A stretch of 64,000 nt of DNA, taken from the NCBI GenBank assembly GCA_973895155.1, contig OZ316894.1, positions 8,146,234-8,210,233 of the forward strand, in the 5' to 3' direction. A program made the translations under genes and the position numbers. The DNA comes from Marsupella aquatica. Lineage: Eukaryota; Plantae; Marchantiophyta. The notes below the pieces were generated by a model. The model was not told where the DNA came from. It saw nothing but the letters and a program-made list of their open reading frames with translations, and did no database searches. This document shows, in pieces, positions 39,390 through 52,600 of this stretch (positions are counted from its first letter, which is position 1; the number at the start of each line of letters is the position of its first letter).

Positions 39390-39890
39390 CTTTCACTAAC
39401 AACATTCCTTTACTTATCGATTGTTTTGTATTTAACAATATCTTGGTTTACTTTTAACGCCATCATTTTACCAGCTTTGACATAGTGACATCTTTGACAT
39501 AACGACATCTTTGGCTTCACAACATATTTTTACTCAGACTACATCTTTGACATAACAACATCTTTTACTTGATGACATCCTTCACGTAAGGACATCTTTG
39601 GCGCCCGCTTTGGTGCCACAACATTTTTTCACCCGACAACATCTTTCAAATAATGACATTGTGTAACTTGACAACACCTTTCACATAAAGACATCATTCA
39701 TTTGGCAACATGGCTTCTTTTGACTTGACGACATCTCGGGCAACACGATATATATTTTTTGAATGACATCTTGGGCAACACGACATCTTTTCTCTTAATG
39801 AATTCTTGCATGGGTGACATGACATCTGTTTTCTTAACAATGTCTTGTGCGATGCGATAACTATTTTCTTAACAACATCTTGGGTGACAG
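39390..39890. repeat. Degenerate tandem array with a period of about 17-18 bp (core ACATCTTT / GACATC)
   Basis: Recurrent gacatctttgacataacgacatcttt-type units immediately to the right of the CACTA. Confidence 0.7.
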
Positions 39891-40130
39891 GATTTGCACC
39901 ACTATTGAGCTAGTATTTCATAGTTTTAAGTGTAGTTATGGGACCCATCAATTTGCATGGGTAGTAGGTAGAGCGATGAGTAACACCTAGCCTGTAGAAC
40001 TACTCTTAATGGTTGAGCACCTTCTTTTTGCATGGGGAACTGGTGGAGGAGCAATATCCATAACAATAGAACACTAGACTTCATCGCCTCATTAATTGAA
40101 AGTACCCACCCCACTTTTCTCACGTAATTA

Positions 40131-41023
40131 CAGTGAACTTTGGATAAGTGCACACTCCATAATCGCTTACCCTTGATTAGTGCATGCCATCTTGTTCTTC
40201 CCCTTTTTTTTACATGGGATAAGCGGTTTTTAAGCAGTTTTTCTAAGCACACATAGGGCTAAAATCATTTTGCTAAATGATAACTTTATAAACACTTACC
40301 CTGGATAAGTGATTGAATGCGCTTATATGTAAATACATAAACTCAAAAAATGTCATTTACCAATAAATGGATGCCCATTATTAGTAGAGTACATAATGCA
40401 CTTAAGGAGTTTTTTGGCTGGATCTGGATGGCGAATGCTTTGGCCAGCTTCATAGGTGGAAGAGATGGAACCGGACTTTTAGTCTAGATGGCAGATGGAC
40501 CTATATTGAAGGGAAATACAATGCTGAGACAGTGGAGGGCAAAGTAGACCAGGCAGGAAGCTCCTTAGTTGAAGGGGACTGCTCAGTCCATACTGCCGTC
40601 AGTAGCAAAGAAGTTGTGAGGGCTTAGTGTAGGAACTGTAGTCCACTTTTGTTTTTATTACACATTGGACACAGAATGTTGTCATTTTGAAATAAATTTT
40701 GTGTTTTCACGGAATGTTGGTGTGATCTGGGTATATTGTAATAATTACAATGTGCATGGTGAGTTTTGGAGTCCATGTCATTGTTCATTCACTTGATAGT
40801 ACTCAATCTGCCATCGCCCACACAACTGGGTCTCAAATACCTGGAAACCCTGGATAATTACACATTTAACAAAGGACCCCAAATTTAGCACACTTATCTA
40901 TTAGGGCACTTTTTGCGGGATGTGTGCTTATCAAGTCATGCAACACCTCCTTTAGTGCATGTCAGATCTGTCTTCCCCAGAGGGTGCGGTTATCCAGAGT
41001 TTGCGTTTATCCAGAGTTCACTG
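40131..41023. mobile_element. Non-autonomous Tc1/mariner (pogo-like) element / MITE, 893 bp
   Basis: TA|CAGTGAACTTTGGATAAGTGCACACTC ... GAGTTTGCGTTTATCCAGAGTTCACTG|TA; imperfect TIRs of about 27 bp; TA TSD; no ORF. Confidence 0.8.
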
Positions 41024-43559
41024 TAGTATGGGCAACAGGGATTTGAACACATAGCCCGGGACACATAAGTTAGCACAATCAGTCTGGGATTCCCTAGTCC
41101 TCACCTTATGGACAGACTTAATAAAAACCACTTGGCTAGTCTTGCTTGACCCACACTACGTGTGGTCCCCATAACAACTAATCCTATAGGCCCATATTGA
41201 TTAGCAATTGCATTACCCAAACTCCTTGTGGGTGCTCCCACCCCAACCCCCCCCCCCCCCCGCCGGCCCCCCCCACCCCCCCCCCAACCAACTCCCCTTA
41301 TTGCGTATAAGACAAGTTTTTATAATGGCCTTATATTCAATTGATCCAAGTCCTTAGCCCACAAGCTGGCTCCTTTTTCAATAACGGTGGCCCACTTGGA
41401 GATTGAATTAATGGTGGCTCCTTTTCAATAATAATGAATTAAGCTGACTCCATTTCAATAACGGGGGCCCACCGTAATCAGCCCCAACTGGATTATGGGC
41501 CTTTTCGTCAGCATTAGTAAGCCGTAATTGCAGGACTAGATAAGTTTTCTCCGTCAGCCGCATTGAGTCATTGGAAAGAAGCCCTTTTGCTAATTAAGAC
41601 CTTAGCCCATACAAGCTGGCCCACTTGGAGATTCAATGGGAAATTAAACGTAATCAACCCAATTATAATCTGGGCCCTTCCATCCAGGATCTACTCACCC
41701 TTAATTTCAGGACTAGATAAGTACTCTCCGCCAGCCTCACTGCAAAAGCTGTTGTGCTAAAAGATTCCTTAGCCAATAGACTCTGCCTCGACAACAGAAC
41801 CTAGTGTAGCTGTCCTATACATAAATTAAACGTGCCCTCCCATGCAAAGTGGCTTTTGCACTGGCAAGACCCTAAACTTATTCTTTTTCTAGTCAATTCA
41901 TTGATTTCAATTCATTCATTGTTACAGCTATTGCTGTAAGAGACTACAACGTACGCGGACACAAAAACCAAGAGATAGGATCCCAAAGGTGCATAAATAT
42001 GAAGAGCGGAACCAATGACTAACAGCAAGGAGAATCTGAAGCTCAGGTGCTTTTTGCCCACCTCAACCTACTCACCTTTGAGTAAAACTGTGGTAACAAG
42101 TGTCTTCCATATCAGGGTCACACAGTGAAAGTTGGCTACATGAATGTTAAAATTATAAGAGATATTATAAAATCACAGTTTAGCCATAGTCAGGTGTTTG
42201 GTTGAGGTTAAATGTGCTACTATTATATTCTGTGGCAAAACTTAGTTAGCAATCAAATGAAACTTAGACTCATTATTATGAAGTCATCTAGGAGACAAGG
42301 ATAGCTTAGTCTATGAAAACTCGATATAGTTGGTGGATTTAGAGTTCAATAAGTTTCCTTTATATGTTCCCGAGAATGTAACTTCTGGTGAAGTGAATTA
42401 CATATCTCCTATGTTGACTACTTGTGTGCTTGTTGAATGCAGGGTTGAATGTTGACATGTGCATGCTATCCGGGATGCTGTCTTAGAGTAACACTTACAT
42501 AGTTGTACCAACTAAGGTCCCTGTTCTTGTTGAGTGTTTGGTAGGGTTTGCAAAGCATCTCCAAACAAGTGTTAGAAAAGCCAAAGTTTAGCAGAGAATG
42601 CAATTCATTAAATGCTTCTCAATCTTGCATATTTTTTGCTAGTCTCTTCTACTCCATTGTCAGTATTAGTATTAGTAAATTGTCACATAATTAGTTGTGA
42701 CTTACTGGATTACGGAAAGTAATGTCAAAATCTCTGATTCCACGCTTAGTCTGGGAAAGGAAGTGGGTGCCCACAACAAATATATACCAGGATCCTAACT
42801 AAAGATTGGAGCTCTCAAGATTATAAAAACTTGCATCGATTCTTACGTAACTTACTTTCCATAAAGTAGTGCATGTTTTTTTAATATAAAACACTCACCT
42901 ATTTCCATGTTAAAAGGTGTTCGGTCCAAATGCAGCTTTTGAATGAATCGGTTTTTTCCAGGCTAACCACTCTTGGTGAATGTGCCTGAAAGTTAGTTAA
43001 GTTCAAGATCGAGGAGAAAAGCGGTAGCAAGCATGACTGTGCTGTACTTCACTCGAGTAGGGACTCATAAGTTTGAAATGTTGTAACTGACTTCTGTTAT
43101 CTCCCTTTCCGTGGAGTTTTACAGATTTTCCTTCACAAAAATAAAAAGATCCCGAAGAGAAATTAAGCATCATGAATTAAGTATTGATCAAGATCACAAG
43201 GAGAAATTACAGACAAATGAATGAAGTAGAGATATTCTATAATGTGAACAAACATGAATTTTGTTAGAGAGGGGACTGTTGTTAGCAAGACACTTGTGAT
43301 TTTTAATTTCTTTTGATTTTGGCTGTTTTTAAATATTTTTTGTGCATTTTTTATGACTCCAGATGGCTAGCAAGATGGCTAGCAAAAAGAGGAGTCCCCA
43401 GAATGAATGTTATCAACCAGGTTACTCTTAGCGAGACAGCTGCATATAGAAAATTAAGGGTTGACCATGTGAGGAAAAGTTTTGCTCAAGCGAGTAAATT
43501 ATTTTACTGTTTCCTTGTAGGCTACAATGACCCAATTAAGTATCCATCAAGATCCCCAA

Positions 43560-43810
43560 GACAAATTACACACAAATGAATGAAGAAGACAAATTACACA
43601 CAAATGAATGAAGTTTTGATCAAGATCCGGGAGAGAAATCACGCATATAAATGCTGACCAAAAGCAAACCAGGGAACAGGGAGTGACCCTAACTAGTCCT
43701 AAGGTTACACACAAATGAATGAAGTTCTGATCAAGATCCAGGAGAGCATATAAATGCCAACCAAAAGCAAATCAGGGAACAGGGAGTGACCCTACTACTA
43801 GTCCTAAGGT
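43560..43810. repeat. Nested tandem duplications (units of about 27 bp and about 110 bp)
   Basis: agacaaattacacacaaatgaatgaag twice; tacacacaaatgaatgaagtt.tgatcaagatcc...cagggaacagggagtgaccct..actagtcctaagg twice. Confidence 0.8.
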
Positions 43811-43960
43811 CTTTGTGACTGGGGTGATGTCCCTTCACCATCTCGTCAACATACGTGTCTTCTGTCGTGATTCTCAACTTGCCCCTTTCCCTCACACGTG
43901 TCCTCTGGATTCCACGTTAGTCAGGGTGGCTACTACTTTATGTACTGACAAGCATAGGCC

Positions 43961-44160
43961 AATTATACGGTACTTTGGTCTGGCTGAGTACTTTTTGTCA
44001 ATTATACGGTACTTTGGTCTGGTTGAGTACTTTTTGTCAATTATACGGTACTTTGGTCTGGTTGAGTACTTTTTGTCAATCATACGGTACTTTGGTCTGT
44101 TTGAGTGCTTTTTGTCAGTTGTAGACTACTTAGGTCTGGTTGCGGAGTACTTTTTGTCAT
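43961..44160. repeat. 39-bp minisatellite, 4 good copies plus 1 degenerate
   Basis: Unit aattatacggtactttggtctggttgagtactttttgtc. Confidence 0.92.
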
Positions 44161-45034
44161 TTCTAGAGTACTTTCTGATTATTGTAAAGTGCATTCTGGC
44201 TAATGTTCACTCTGGTGCATCCCTGGTCGCGAATGGAGCAGAATTTTTTAAATTTCAGCCTCAGTATCATTAGCCTGCCTGTTTTTCGCACACAAAAATA
44301 TGACATATCCTTATCCTGCCTGTTTTTCAGGTGTGTGATTGGTTAAATTTCGCCCACAATAATATGGCTGAAACCACTCTCCCCTACTCATCGAGAGATG
44401 GCCTACAAGTCCGAACATTCGCTGAATTTCACACTTGCGAATTTTTTTAATCGAAAAGAGAGACCACGAATGTAACGACGAATGTCACATACCTACCTTC
44501 TGGATTGGCAGTGCACATGGCTCAAGTCCGTGAGGACCATGCCGAGTCGAAGGGGCATACCAAGGGACCCAAAAAAGTCTTCATCCTCATCGCCGTCGAA
44601 ATCCATACGAGATTTGCTACAGTAGCGTCGGGTGAGCTCATCAAATATCGGCAGTAATAAAATGAGGGAAGGGACCTCACCTACCTACCATGCTTCAGAA
44701 CCCTCTCATTTGATGGATCACATGGGTCGGCCAGGTCGATGGAATCAGAGTCCTGCCCGGAAATCATCTGCTGGGGCCCTCATGTTTTTTCTTTTTGCCT
44801 TGATAAACGAAAGTAGGCCCATCCAACAGAGGATAGACGTTATGCTTTGGAGCATGCATTTCTATGTGGGGCAGCCACAAAGAGACAATACTCAAGGATC
44901 AGACAGGACCCAGACCAGGAGGGAGAGACGATTAAACCAGAACCCAAAGTGGGTAACCATGGCTGAGGAGATAATCAATACTCCCATCACTACACCCCAA
45001 CCACACACACACATATCCTCCACACCCCTTATGT

Positions 45035-45120
45035 GTGGAGGGAGGATTGAACCTGGGACCTCTCGGTTCTAGACTCATCCTCTGGCCAACTGACTCATCC
45101 TCTGGCCAACTGACGAAAGC
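45035..45120 (-). other. tRNA-derived (SINE-like) head with A/B-box-like motifs
   Basis: Minus strand gtcagttggcc (duplicated 20-mer) followed by gaggtcccaGGTTCAATCCtcc; no complete cloverleaf. Confidence 0.35.
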
Positions 45121-46626
45121 CAGTTGGTTCCTCATGTTTTTTCTTCTCTTGTTGGGATACTCCTTGACTTGTTGGGCCTCGTTGGTCTTCCCAGGTCCTT
45201 CCCTTTCCCCTTGGCTATCCTTGTCTTTTTTGCAGTGTGATATATATGCTAGAAACCTACAGTAGCAACCCAGCCAAAGATCATTAGATCAAACTCTCCT
45301 AAGGACTTGCAACCAATATATGTAACGTCTTGCTGCTGGGAAAGAGCATTCCTGGGAGTAGGCCTTCATTTCTCAATTGTAGAGAACCTGTTTAGGTTAG
45401 GGGCGTCGATGGTAGCTGATCCACTAGATCTGAATTACATGAATTGTTAAGTAAGGTCGGTGGTAAGTTGCGAGCATTGACCTCGATCGCCGTGGCCTGA
45501 GCAAGTCAAACGGGTCTTCGCTGCACAGCAGTCTTCGAACTTCGTACTATCGACATATTTTTGTGAACTATGTACTAGCTACAGGTAATTTCGGGAAGCC
45601 ATCAGCACTGGAAATCGAGGGGGAAATCGAGGCGCCAAGCCTGATTCGCGCTGATATTCTCGTTGTTACAGACATCAAGAGACGAATTAAGTCTGCTGCA
45701 GATCGACATCCTACCATTCAATTGCAACACTTGAATCGTTGCGGAGGAGGTTATTTTAGGGACTGGCACGATGACTCCTGTAGAACTGTGTACAGAGGAA
45801 TCGATCCTTTTAAAAAACAAATCGATGTTGATGATTATGCCCTTGCGAGCTGTACTGGAGTAGGGCTTCGACGGACAGTTAGGTCTCTTCAGGTTGGACT
45901 ATTTTTGGACGGGATTGGGACGAGCGACAGAACCAAGTGCGCGCTGCTCCGAGCCAGTTCCAGGAGGAGAGGTCGTATACAGCACGTCAATGTAGAAGAA
46001 ATACACAATCCGGGATTCTGCCAAATTTCCGTTCTTAATCAATATTATTAGAGTTGCTCCGGCAGGCACCATTTGATGAACGCGTGATCTCTGGGAGGGA
46101 TCGAGGAGATAGGTGATGTACGTCGGAGATTTTCGAGACGAAGTTACTTGGACTCATGCATGGGTGTTGATGGATTTGAGCACGTGGGCTCGATAGACCT
46201 TCATCAGTATTCACAGACGTATATGGATATCGGTACTCGTACTTGTGGGAATTGTGGGAATTTGTGTTGGTCTGGAGACAGCTCAGCGACTGTAGCCGAC
46301 GGGAGAGGAGATAATGAATTAAGTTCGGGGGCCATTTGTTTTGCAGCTCGACATCGGCCCGTTTGGGTCTCGGACATTGAATTCAATGTGCATTGTGATC
46401 AGAGGACGCGAATCTCGATCAGTAGCCGAATTCAGCGGTCTTACCACTGATGCTCCAGACAATTTTACAGACGTCCGTTCAGATTTAAATAAACATGATC
46501 AGATGTCAGCGGCACAGAAACAAATGTCTTGTTCAGTATCTTCTTAAATTGTTTGCGGGAGTGATTATGTTTGAACGTCTGCGGTCGGAGTCGGGGCTTA
46601 TTAGACTGAGGTTGAGAGGAGCTCCG

Positions 46627-49600
46627 ATGGGCTCGAAAGCTGGTTTTGTTGGAACTTTGCTGCTGCTGCTGCTCATCACTTCGTTGGGTCCGGTTTTAAG
46701 TCAAACTCGTGAGTCTCCTCTTCCCGGAGCTGAATTTTGATGGACCTTCAAAATGATGTCTTTCTTACGTCATTGCAGTCCGGACCTCTACGTGCAAGAT
46801 CGATGATTCAGCAGGTTAATAATTAGTTCCCCGTTTCTACGAATCCATGCTTGCCGGATGTATTGTCGACTAAATTGTGATATTTGACCAACCGTCATTA
46901 GGGAAAGTGAAAAATTGAAATAAGAATTTCAGCGTTTATTGATCACTTAGCTAGGCTCGTAGGCGGAATTGAGTCGATTTTGTGTGTGTACGCCGGACAA
47001 CTACTCCTCGACGATCCTCACATTAGGCCCGTTCTGTGACATACACGGACATGCCCTTACGCGTTCAAATAGTGGATTTAGCTAGGATTTAGCCCAAACC
47101 TTCATGTGCAGTTGTTCGTTTATTATGTATAGGAGGTTGAGCTTGCAGCACATCCTAAATCACAGGTAGCAATATAGACGGTACTGGCTGGACCGGGTAA
47201 TTAAGTCTGCTAGAACTTGGGTGCGTGTCCAATTAAGCGGCCAATTTCGGGACATTTGATCGATGATCGGTAAAGATTCATGCACGAAACTTTCAATCTT
47301 ATCGATCATGGTGTTTGAATGGCAGCTGTGATTGGATTGAGTATTGATTGCGGGAGCGTTAAGAACTACACCGACTCACAAATTCAATGGGTCACCGATG
47401 ATGGCTACGTCAGGACAGGGAAGAATGCACAAGTCTCGGCCAACCTTTCTGAACTCAACGTTAACCCGAGACAATCACAAACTTTGAGATACTTCGACGA
47501 AGGGCGAGGGAGAGATTGCTACGAGCTGCCTGTGACGCCCCAGTACACGTACCTTATTCGTTCTACTTTTCACTATGGAGACTGGAATAGTCCAGAAAAT
47601 GGCACACACTTCCATGTCGCCCTCAACGGCAATAATTGGCTAGAACTCGGACCGTACGTAAGAGGTACAATGTCATATAGCCACTTCACTCCGGTCCACT
47701 GAGCTTTTTCTGTGTTTTCCATATTTGCTTTTACAAGTGAATGAAATTAAGGGAAAATCTCCTGCGGCCGCTTCAATTCTCCGTAAAATTTGACAGCACC
47801 TGAAGAAACGAAAGTGCCAGCTAGCAAAGATCGAGAGGTCCTTGTTCAAGTGCAGTCGCTTCCGTTTTCTCAAGAATGTTGTAGTGTCAACGATGCTGCA
47901 TAGGGGAGTACTGTCCTGCGACTCTAGTTGCAGTTTAATTTTTGCCATTATCATCAAAGACCCTTGAGTAATGAATTCGATCGATTGATACATGCACGAC
48001 ATCGTTTGTACGAAATAGGTTGAAATCTTCAATGCAGTATTTTCGTTACCGGGTAAGGAATCATATACTGGCATAACTCCGTGATTCGGAGAATTTTGTG
48101 TGTGCATGATCTCAATGTTTCCAGTTCTTCTCCAACATGGTTTCAATGCGGTTGATTGATATTGCACGCTTCAAGCCTGGTGAATCGCTTGAGCAACGAA
48201 CCCAATTCCAACATTGAAAGCCTTCCGACTCTTGGGTTCATGAGTTTGGTGAATTGTTCAGCCGCCAGGTCTTTCGTTCTGAAGCAGACTCTAATTGTTC
48301 GTGATGGCAATCCACAATCATACCAGGTGATCCAACTTATAACGCGGATTGGTTCGACTACCCGTACGAAGTGATGGTGTACATCGAGGGTAATATCAAC
48401 ACCCTCGATTTCTGCCTGCTAAGAGTCGCGGGGACTCCATTCATTTCTTCGTTGGAGTTGAGGCAGCTGGCACCTGGAATGTACACGACAGTGGTGGGGA
48501 ACCACAAATACATGTTCCTTCTGGAAAGACTCAATGCGGGTGCCGATGCAAATGGTCCTTCTTACCTCAGGTGCGCTACGTACGTAGTTCTTAAAAGTTG
48601 TGATCGTTGCAGGGTTGCTGCCTTTCTCCATGGATTTCTGAACTTGTACTGTCTTTGTTTAGAGACCACAAAATTCGTGATGGGTAGCTTACTGGAGAGC
48701 GTCAATTCAGTATCAATTATGCTATAAAACTCACGGATGAAGGAGGCCAGGGGGGAAGAATGAAACAAGAAGCCACGTCGATCAGAAAATGATCGACCGC
48801 CGCTCGTGTTGGAATCAGCCTTCCAATGGCCACTTTGCCGGAAACAGAGGACGCGTTCTACCTCAAATGTGATAATTAAGCAACTGACCTCAAATATATA
48901 AGTTACCATATTAATTGCCCTGACTGATGCAATGAAGTCTGCAGGTATCCCGATGATCAATATGACCGAATCTGGACAACCCCAACTCCAGATTGGGACA
49001 ATTCTACTCATATCAGGAAAACCAACATTAGTACGTCTACGACTCTTGAGAGACCGCCAAAGAAGGTGATGGAGGATGCTTGGATTTACTACCACTCTGA
49101 TGTTCTCTGGTTCACTCTCGGAGACCCAACCAGCACCTCTCCGTTTGGTCCCATTGCAGTCTTCAGCTACTTTCAGGAGGTCGACGGAAACGCTTCCGCT
49201 TCCAACGTCAGGGGAATGGAGTACTTCGTCAATAATTACAAAATTGATACTTTCAACTCCTCAGATCAGGGGTACGAGGTCAGAAGTTGCATCGTGGATG
49301 TATACGAAACCTTCATCAACATCACTGTGAGGAAAGCTCCATGGTCCAATCTGAAACCCATATTAAACGCTTTCGAGATGTACTATGTGTTTAGTTGGGA
49401 TGGATCATCGACTGCAACCGAAGAAGGTCAGTCTAAATTGTTTTAACCTTTAAGCACACGTCCTGGATAGAAGCTTAAGTAGTACAACTTAACTAAAAGA
49501 TGGGATTCTGACTCTAGCCCGTGTGCTCCTCGATCGATTTGTTTCCAACTTGCCGTACTGCAGGGTAACTTTAAAATAAATAAATCAGTACCATCAAGTT

Positions 49601-52600
49601 TTCAAGGGTAAGCGCAAATTTCAAGAATTTGTCAGTCTTCGGCATTAGATTATTCGATATGCGTAATTTGTGCAAATTCCGGTAAGGACATAGGGGGATT
49701 CGTAGTTTTTAGATGGCCTTGACTTTGGGCGAAGATCTACAAACGCGCCAGAGTCTAGCTACAAGACATCCCTCGTCTGACGGATCACGACCTGACGCTT
49801 CATGATTGATGTCAGATTTATATAGCAAATTAAAAGCATCATGGTGGGGCTGAACTGTACATGCTGCTTTGAACGTTTGATACCCTGTGTCTCTGCAGTG
49901 ACGATAATCAGAAGTCTGCAGAAGCGCCTCGGCCTGACGGACTGGACCGGCGATCCATGCGTCCCAATTCCATATGACTGGTTAAATTGTAGTTCAGATG
50001 AAATTTTAACTGCGGCCGTTCAGACGAGTCTGGAGTTGTCCAGTGACAGGACTCATCACGTCACAAACATGTGAGTTTTCTAGGTTTGTTTGAATGTTAT
50101 TCTCGTGGATACCGCATTTTACGTCCGTTCAGTTGCACCAGTTGAGTTGTGCATGTGCCTAAGCTTCAGAGCTACTTGTCTGCGCTGCTTTTGCATTGAC
50201 CTTGAAGGTGGAAATCCCTATGACTCAATCAGATCCCTTTCGAATAGAGCAACCGTACGGGCGCTCCCTCAAGAAATTGCAAGCCTTCCGAATCTTACCA
50301 CTCTGTAAGGACTTAATTTATCCTCAGTCTGCACCTTGAATTTTGGAGTTCTGGGGTTTTAATTGATACAGATCAATCGGCCGAAAAGTCTAACGGCATT
50401 AAGAATTGTATCCCACGATTAATGTTTCCTCGCTGAAAAGTTTCGTTTGGCAAAGGTTTCGATTTGTTTAGATTTAGTGTAACGTACTATATTCCAAATG
50501 ATCGAATCCGAATTATGGTTAAGTTAATCCCGTGTATATAAGTCAGACGGTTGAAATCGTTCTATTCAGTTTGAAGTATTTCCTTGCATTCGAATGACTT
50601 TGCTTTTGACAGGGACTTGAGCAATACTGGCATGGCGAGTATTCCTTACCTTGGCTTGATGAGGTTGGGAAACCTTTCGCTGTTAAATCTATCGCGTAAC
50701 CGGTTCAGTGGCGGAGTTCGGGAGTTCCTGCAAAACGTTACCGTTAAAAGTTTGAAACAACTGTGAGTGCAACTGTTAAAGCTTTCATACAATTGTGTCT
50801 CCATTTTTGTAAACTCGCGAGCAATCATCCAAATAATTGGTCGCCATGAAGCATTCACGGATATTGGTTGAAAATTCTATGATCAGTGTTTTGAGTTTAA
50901 GCTACTTAGGTTTGGTTTGATGACTCTCGTTCAATGATATGATCGACCCTTGGAAAGATAAACTCTGTCAATTGGGGCCGCATGGATGATTAGCTTATAT
51001 TAGGTGGACATGTGAATTCATATGGATAATCTGTAATTGTTTCAGGCGATACGTCTACTCATCTCTCTCTGGATCTAGACAAGGAAATTCCTCAGCTTAC
51101 TGCTCTGTAGCTGCAAACAAAGTAACACTGAAAAGCTGATTAGGCCTGATGAACCGTAATTTAGTACTAAGACCGTATCTGTATGTGAGGCCATGTCCTG
51201 ATATGATTAGATTTTGTATAATCACATTGTAAATTAAAGCTCAGCGACATGGATCTTGTGCACTGGACGTCGTCATCAGTGCAATTCCTCTGAGAGGCTC
51301 CAAAGCTTCGCCCAGCTCACTTTTCTCCATGAGATTCTAAAATGCAAGTTAGTGGGATAAATGAACTCCAACACTCGATCGTGAATCCTCTGCTAATCGG
51401 ATATTGCTCAAGTGCAGAAGTTACTCAGGAAGTTACTCGGGAAGTTACTAGCTTCTGCCATACATTAATTGTCAAGTTATTGCACCTGATGGTCCCATGC
51501 AGACTCGCAGCGAATAACTCACTGGAAGGAGAATTTCCACTTGACCAGTTATATTCTGAGTTCCCACATCTGGAAGAAGCGTGAGTACATATATATCCTC
51601 CAACCTTGAGATTTGGTGTTTGTGTAGGCTGAGTGAAAGACGTAACTGGATACAAGTTTATAAACCGTTGGTGTATGGTATAGGAACTTCGACGGAAATC
51701 TGCGTATCGGAGGAATTTTGAACTTGACCATTTGGCACACGGCTTTGGTGCGATCTATGGACCCTGCGAGTAGCAGTGTGAAAGCCGCTGGGACTCCTAG
51801 TCCCGCTCCACCGCCTCCTAGTTTTTCTATCTTTCCACTTGTTTCTTTGAAGAACAACAACATCACTGGCATCACTCCCAGTTTGGACTCTCTTCAGTCA
51901 GATATTAATACATATTTGCGAGATTTTAACACAACGCCTGGCTTCACCAACTTCGGCATCCTGTAAGTTTCTGTTCTATGCATACACCAAGAAGAAATTA
52001 GAACCTACGTACAGGCTTTATAATCAGTAAGTTACAAATTAACTAGCAAATGTGCTGGTTCTTCGTTGTCAAGCAGGAGAGGCAGTCTGATATTGGTCAG
52101 CCATCTGCCGGCCTGCCCCCAATTCAAATCTCGATTCAAATACTGGATATGATCATGACTATTGGCACTCATGTACGAAGGGCGCGTTTACATTTATGCA
52201 CGTAGCTAGCGCACACTTATATATTGGTCGTCGGGAATGTTACTTAACTCTCGTGTAATTACGTTTAATCGTTAGTCTTTGGATTAGGCAGCAGCTGATC
52301 CCATCGAACATGGCAGGCTTAGTGGCAACCCTTGGTGCCAGCAACAGACGTTCAGTGCTCAATCTTTGTCTCAACAATATCTCTGCCGTTCCGTCCCCAA
52401 CCAAGTTCTTCCTGGTAACGTTGCTGATTCAATGAGCTTTCTTCCGGCGCTGACCATAATAATGTTCACCATGCATAAGAATGTAGCATTGCTGGCCGTG
52501 TTAATTTACTTCAGACCAGTTTTATTTAACGATACCATGATCTAAGCATTTTTTTGCCAAGTAATCTCGTCTGCTGAACGGTTCATCCGACTTAGTGATA

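Noticed and set aside
41235-41300. Poly-C tract as a G-quadruplex element (also 60614-60634)
   Set aside because: Simple homopolymer runs with no supporting context; possibly error-prone sequence.
43961-44160. CRISPR-like array, or a real protein (ORFs 43815-44273 and 43892-44083)
   Set aside because: Head-to-tail 39-bp units with no spacers, in eukaryotic DNA. The ORFs are a by-product of an in-frame repeat.
45035-45120. Functional tRNA gene
   Set aside because: Only box-like motifs with an internal duplication; no acceptor or anticodon stems.
44483-45242. Solo LTR (TGTCACA...TGTGATA)
   Set aside because: The right end is imperfect and there is no matching TSD.
45563-46450. Possible degraded minus-strand gene (F-box-associated-like) upstream of RLK2, with a similar hint at 2300-2650
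   Set aside because: Only vague motifs and multiple stops; cannot be supported without a search.
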